A DNA stretch of 64,000 nt from Gammaproteobacteria bacterium. GTDB lineage: Bacteria > Pseudomonadota > Gammaproteobacteria > Eutrophobiales > Eutrophobiaceae. A program made the translations under genes and the position numbers. Numbering within the stretch: position 1 is the stretch's first letter; each line of letters starts with the position of its first letter. The notes under the pieces are model-generated. The model did no database searches, had not been told where the DNA came from, and worked only from the letters and a program-made list of their open reading frames with translations. Positions 60,274 to 64,000 of the stretch are shown here, piece by piece. The DNA is taken from NCBI GenBank assembly GCA_965222155.1, contig CBDCTH010000012.1, forward strand, positions 2,560,001-2,624,000, written 5' to 3'.

Positions 60274-61557
60274 TTGACTGGCTTCCCCCAACCCCACTGC
60301 GGTTCCTATTACGCGGCAACTGCGAACGTTACCACTGATTACCCACAGCTTACAGGCGCAAGCAGTTGTGATGTCTGTATCATCGGCGCCGGGTTTACCG
60401 GCATTTCCGCGGCGCTCCAGCTGGCCGAGCGCGGCTATAAGGTCAGTGTCCTTGAGGCGAACCGGGTAAGCTGGGGGGCCTCGGGACGTAACGGCGGCCA
60501 ACTGATAGGCGGCATCAGTGGTGAAGAACGCCTGAAAAAATTCGTGGGCAAGGACGACCCCGAGCTTTTATGGAAGATGCGCTGGGCAGGTCATGAGATT
60601 ATCAGGCAACGTGTGGAGAAATATGCGATCGACTGCGACCTGAAGTTCGGTTACATGGATGTGGCTATCAAAACCCGCCACTGGCGCGCCCTGGAGGAAG
60701 AATACGAGTCCCTGCAACGACCTGATTTCCCCTATGAAACCAGGCTGGTGTCGAAACAGGAAATAACAGGCGTGATAGGCACGGATGCCTATATCGGCGG
60801 CCTGGTCAACATGGCCAACGGCCACCTGCACCCCCTGAACCTGTGCCTCGGTGAGGCGGCGGCGGCAACGCAACAGGGCGCCGTCATATATGAGCAGTCT
60901 CCGGTAGTCCGGTTTGAACATGGCAGCAAACCCCGGGTTCATACCAGAGAAGGCAGCATCACCTGTGATTTCGTCATCCTCGCCGGTAACGCCTATCACC
61001 ACCTGGAAGCACGCCGTCTGAGCGGGGTTGTTTTTCCTGCCGGCAGTTTTATTATCGCTACCGAACCCCTGACGGATGATCAGGTCAATGATATCAATCC
61101 CCTGGACCTGGCCGTATGTGACCCGAATCACGTACTTGATTACTTCAGGCTCAGCGCGGACAAGCGATTATTATTCGGCGGTCGCTGCAACTATTCCGGG
61201 CGGGAGCCGCGCAGCATCCGGAAATCCATTCTCCCGAGAATGCTCAAGATATTCCCGCAATTGAAAGACGTGCGCATTGACTACGAATGGGGTGGTAAGA
61301 TAGGCATTGTGATCAACCGTGTCCCACATGTCGGCAGGCTGGATAAAAACATCTACTACTCCCAGGGCTATTCCGGCCACGGCGTCAACGTCACCCACCT
61401 GGCCGGCCAGGTGGTGGCCGATGCTATCGCCGGCACTTATGAACGGTTCGACGTATTCGAGAAGGTGAAACACTACCGCATCCCCGGCGGCCAATGGGTC
61501 GGCAATCAACTACTCGCCCTGGGGATGATCTACTTTCGGCTGCTGGATCTCCTTTAA
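60274..61557 (+). CDS. puuB: FAD-dependent oxidoreductase, gamma-glutamylputrescine oxidase type
   Basis: SYYAATAN, IIGAGFTG, GASGRNGGQ, GHLHPL, DYFRLSAD, GYSGHG. Confidence 0.85.
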   Translation: MTGFPQPHCGSYYAATANVTTDYPQLTGASSCDVCIIGAGFTGISAALQLAERGYKVSVLEANRVSWGASGRNGGQLIGGISGEERLKKFVGKDDPELLWKMRWAGHEIIRQRVEKYAIDCDLKFGYMDVAIKTRHWRALEEEYESLQRPDFPYETRLVSKQEITGVIGTDAYIGGLVNMANGHLHPLNLCLGEAAAATQQGAVIYEQSPVVRFEHGSKPRVHTREGSITCDFVILAGNAYHHLEARRLSGVVFPAGSFIIATEPLTDDQVNDINPLDLAVCDPNHVLDYFRLSADKRLLFGGRCNYSGREPRSIRKSILPRMLKIFPQLKDVRIDYEWGGKIGIVINRVPHVGRLDKNIYYSQGYSGHGVNVTHLAGQVVADAIAGTYERFDVFEKVKHYRIPGGQWVGNQLLALGMIYFRLLDLL

Positions 61558-61574
61558 GGGACCACCCAGCCCTA

Positions 61575-61700
61575 TCATTCCGGCGCATGCCAGCCATTGC
61601 CGTCGTCATTCTGGCGCATGCCAGAATCCAGTAGAAAAAAATTCCTTATAATGATAAGCAAGGTTGTAATCCAAGGCTGGCATTAGCCGGCATGACGGGA
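61575..61700. repeat. Degenerate CGTC-type REP doublet with duplicated left arm
   Basis: TCATTCCGGCGCATGCCAG / CGTCATTCTGGCGCATGCCAGAATCCAG ... GCCGGCATGACG. Confidence 0.75.
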
Positions 61701-61810
61701 CTGTGATTTCGTGGGAATATGTTCCCCATTTGTGCTTGTAAGCATAAATATAGAGCATTTATGGTTGAATTTGCTTGTCATATCGTCACTTTTCGGGTAT
61801 TTTTGACGAC

Positions 61811-62959
61811 ATGGTGTACCAACGAATCACTCGACTATCAAGCCGCAGTTTCTTCCTGTTCGGTGTGCGAGGCGTTGGCAAGAGCTCATGGGTGCGTGTA
61901 ACGCTTCCAAACGCGCTACGCTTTGACCTGTTGGATGAAGCGCTATATCACGATCTCCTGGCTGACCCGTCGCTGTTTCGAGAATTGGTTTCCACCGTTT
62001 CACAAGGTGATTGGGTTGTCATCGATGAGGTACAGCGCATTCCTACGCTGCTGAATGAGGTGCATCGACTGATAGAGGAACGCGGCCTGCGTTTTGCCCT
62101 GCTCGGCTCCAGCGCACGAAAACTCAAAACCGCGGGCACAAACCTGCTGGCCGGGCGGGCAAATCGTAAGGCCATGTACCCACTGGTTCCGCAAGAACTT
62201 GGCGCCGATTTCATCCTGGAGGATGTGCTCAGGTACGGCAGCATCCCCCTGGTCTGGACTGCGGACGACCGTCGTGAAGTTCTCGAAAGCTATACTCAAC
62301 TGTACTTGAGGGAAGAAATTCGCGCGGAAGCCGTAGTCCGCAACCTGTCCGGTTTCGTTCGTTTCCTTCCCATTGCCGCGTTGCTTCACGGGCAGACCTT
62401 GAATGTAACGGGCATCGCCCGGGATGCCGGGGTAGCGCGCACTACCGTTACCGGCTACCTGGATGTTCTTGAAGACACCCTGCTCACTTGGCGTCTGCCC
62501 GCTTTCGAAGCCAAACTGCGGGTGCGTGAACGACGACGCCCAAAACTCTACTGGGTCGACTCCGGCCTGGTGCGCGCCGTGAAACGCCAGTTCGGGCCCG
62601 TATCAGTGGAGGAACGCGGCGCCCTGTTCGAGGGCTGGGTTCTCAGCCTGTTGCGCGCCCACGCTGAAGAACAATCGGTATTTGACACCATTCATTACTG
62701 GGCGCCGGCAGAATCGAATACTGAGGTCGATTTTCTGCTCAGCCGGGATACCGAATACCTCGCCATTGAGGTCAAAGCAGCAACACGGTATAACACTGTC
62801 TTACTCAAGGGGTTACGCGCCATTAACGACCTGCCACATCTGGTCCGCCGCATTCTCATCTACAACGGCGCGCGCGCCTTCCATACCGAAGACGGTATTG
62901 ACGTGTGGCCGGTGAAACAATTGCTCGAAGCGTTGCAAACAGATGAGCTTTGGCCCTGA
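61811..62959 (+). CDS. AAA+ ATPase with DUF4143 nuclease-like C-terminus
   Basis: GVRGVGKS, IDEVQ, LLGSS, LAGRA, KLYWVDSG, EVDF..AIEVK. Confidence 0.92.
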   Translation: MVYQRITRLSSRSFFLFGVRGVGKSSWVRVTLPNALRFDLLDEALYHDLLADPSLFRELVSTVSQGDWVVIDEVQRIPTLLNEVHRLIEERGLRFALLGSSARKLKTAGTNLLAGRANRKAMYPLVPQELGADFILEDVLRYGSIPLVWTADDRREVLESYTQLYLREEIRAEAVVRNLSGFVRFLPIAALLHGQTLNVTGIARDAGVARTTVTGYLDVLEDTLLTWRLPAFEAKLRVRERRRPKLYWVDSGLVRAVKRQFGPVSVEERGALFEGWVLSLLRAHAEEQSVFDTIHYWAPAESNTEVDFLLSRDTEYLAIEVKAATRYNTVLLKGLRAINDLPHLVRRILIYNGARAFHTEDGIDVWPVKQLLEALQTDELWP

Positions 62960-63266
62960 AGCCGGAAACAGTCAGGGAGATTATTTGTCACAGATGCGGA
63001 CATTATAGTTGTTCCTGACAATCTTGCTAACACTGACCGGCTTGCCGGAGGCGGGGGATTTTTTGGTATAGTGACTACGGTAGCGCCCGAGGTGGTAGCC
63101 GTGTTGGCATCGCGTCAGACGCTGGATGTCTTTCCGGTGGCCTTAAATGCATGCCGTGTGTACGCGTTTCAATTACACCCTCCAGCCAAAAATTCGCCAA
63201 AATACGGGGGTGAGTGCTAAACTTGGGCTAAGGGTACAGAGGTTTAAATTCACAGGGGCTACGACT

Positions 63267-63752
63267 ATGACTACGACTATTGATTATAACAGCATACGTT
63301 TCGGGACTTTGACGCTGTTGGCGCTGGTGGTCTTGACGACTTCCATCAGTACACAGGCCTGGACAAGGACATCGCCCTACGAGCTCTGTCCGGATGCCGA
63401 GCGCACAAGGCCGCCTGCTTGCGTGACGGTGCAGGAATCGGAAACCCGCATTGTAGCTACGAGCGCCTGTAAAAAACTTGTTGCCGTTACGGCGGACGTC
63501 GTGAGCCGGGAGTCCGGGGTAAGCACCCAGGAGCATAGTGCCCACATATTCCTTTATAGCGGCGAGACCGCGACGGTGGAGCTGACAGATATTGTGACAG
63601 GTATGGCGGTTGTGATCCCCGACATCACCGACAAAAGACTGGGGTTTACGAAAGTGAAATGCTGCCCCAGCTTCAGGGCAACGGCTAATAATCCGAGCGG
63701 GGTAGAGGCTTGCCCAGGGGACGATAATGAAATCCTGTTCCTTCCCGAGTAA
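63267..63752 (+). CDS. Secreted Cys-containing hypothetical protein
   Basis: Hydrophobic signal ending TQA-W; paired cysteines; followed by a strong hairpin. Confidence 0.7.
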   Translation: MTTTIDYNSIRFGTLTLLALVVLTTSISTQAWTRTSPYELCPDAERTRPPACVTVQESETRIVATSACKKLVAVTADVVSRESGVSTQEHSAHIFLYSGETATVELTDIVTGMAVVIPDITDKRLGFTKVKCCPSFRATANNPSGVEACPGDDNEILFLPE

Positions 63753-63761
63753 TAAAAATTA

Positions 63762-63822
63762 AAATAAAAGGGGTCGGTGACAAATGATATTCATTCTCAT
63801 TTGTCACCGACCCCTTTTATTT
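63762..63822. repeat. Long GGGGTC-type hairpin, possibly also a terminator
   Basis: AAATAAAAGGGGTCGGTGACAAATGA / TCATTTGTCACCGACCCCTTTTATTT. Confidence 0.85.
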
Positions 63823-63896
63823 ACCGCATCCCCGGCGACCAGTGGGTTGGCAATTAGTTCTGGGGACACAATACTTAATTCTGGCATACTGTCAAT

Positions 63897-64000
63897 ATGG
63901 CAAGGCTGGCAAGGATCGTTCTACCTGGGTATCCTCACCACGTGACGCAACGGGGGAACCGTCGTCAGGACGTGTTCTTTTGTGAAGGCGATTTTCAGGC
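63897..64000 (+). CDS. HUH Y1 transposase-like nuclease (IS200/RAYT superfamily), 5' part only
   Basis: MARLARIVLPGYPHHVTQRGNRRQDVFF; preceded by GGGGACAC at 63862. Confidence 0.88.
   Translation, partial: MARLARIVLPGYPHHVTQRGNRRQDVFFCEGDFQ

Noticed and set aside
63042-63266. Possible riboswitch in a long leader
   Set aside because: Only weak hairpins and no recognisable aptamer consensus; an Rfam scan would be needed

Overview
64 kb of a gammaproteobacterial chromosome (conserved glyQ-glyS-gmhB-plsC operon), probably a marine or host-associated heterotroph (inference). Core part: GldA/F/G-like ABC system with DUF4340, a phasin gene with PhaR-type boxes, and the gly operon. Accessory content: an IclR-controlled CoA-dependent aromatic-type catabolic cluster whose Rieske oxygenase is truncated by an IS1202/ISNCY remnant; an AT-rich HTH-methyltransferase plus putative endonuclease module next to VapBC; a molybdo-hydroxylase cluster inactivated by a 100-bp MITE; an intact IS4; a Fic gene; a PQQ dehydrogenase-cytochrome c fusion with a lanthanide-type DYD motif; ISAs1 remnants; a GC-rich, broken FN3/cadherin autotransporter with a poly-C tract in its leader; a polyamine gamma-glutamylation operon containing a tungsten-family aldehyde oxidoreductase; a tendamistat-like secreted protein; and the start of a HUH (RAYT-like) nuclease gene. 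Intergenic DNA carries several families of palindromic repeats and MITEs, and several genes are pseudogenised. No rRNA, tRNA or CRISPR array was seen. All product calls come from motif recognition, not from database searches.
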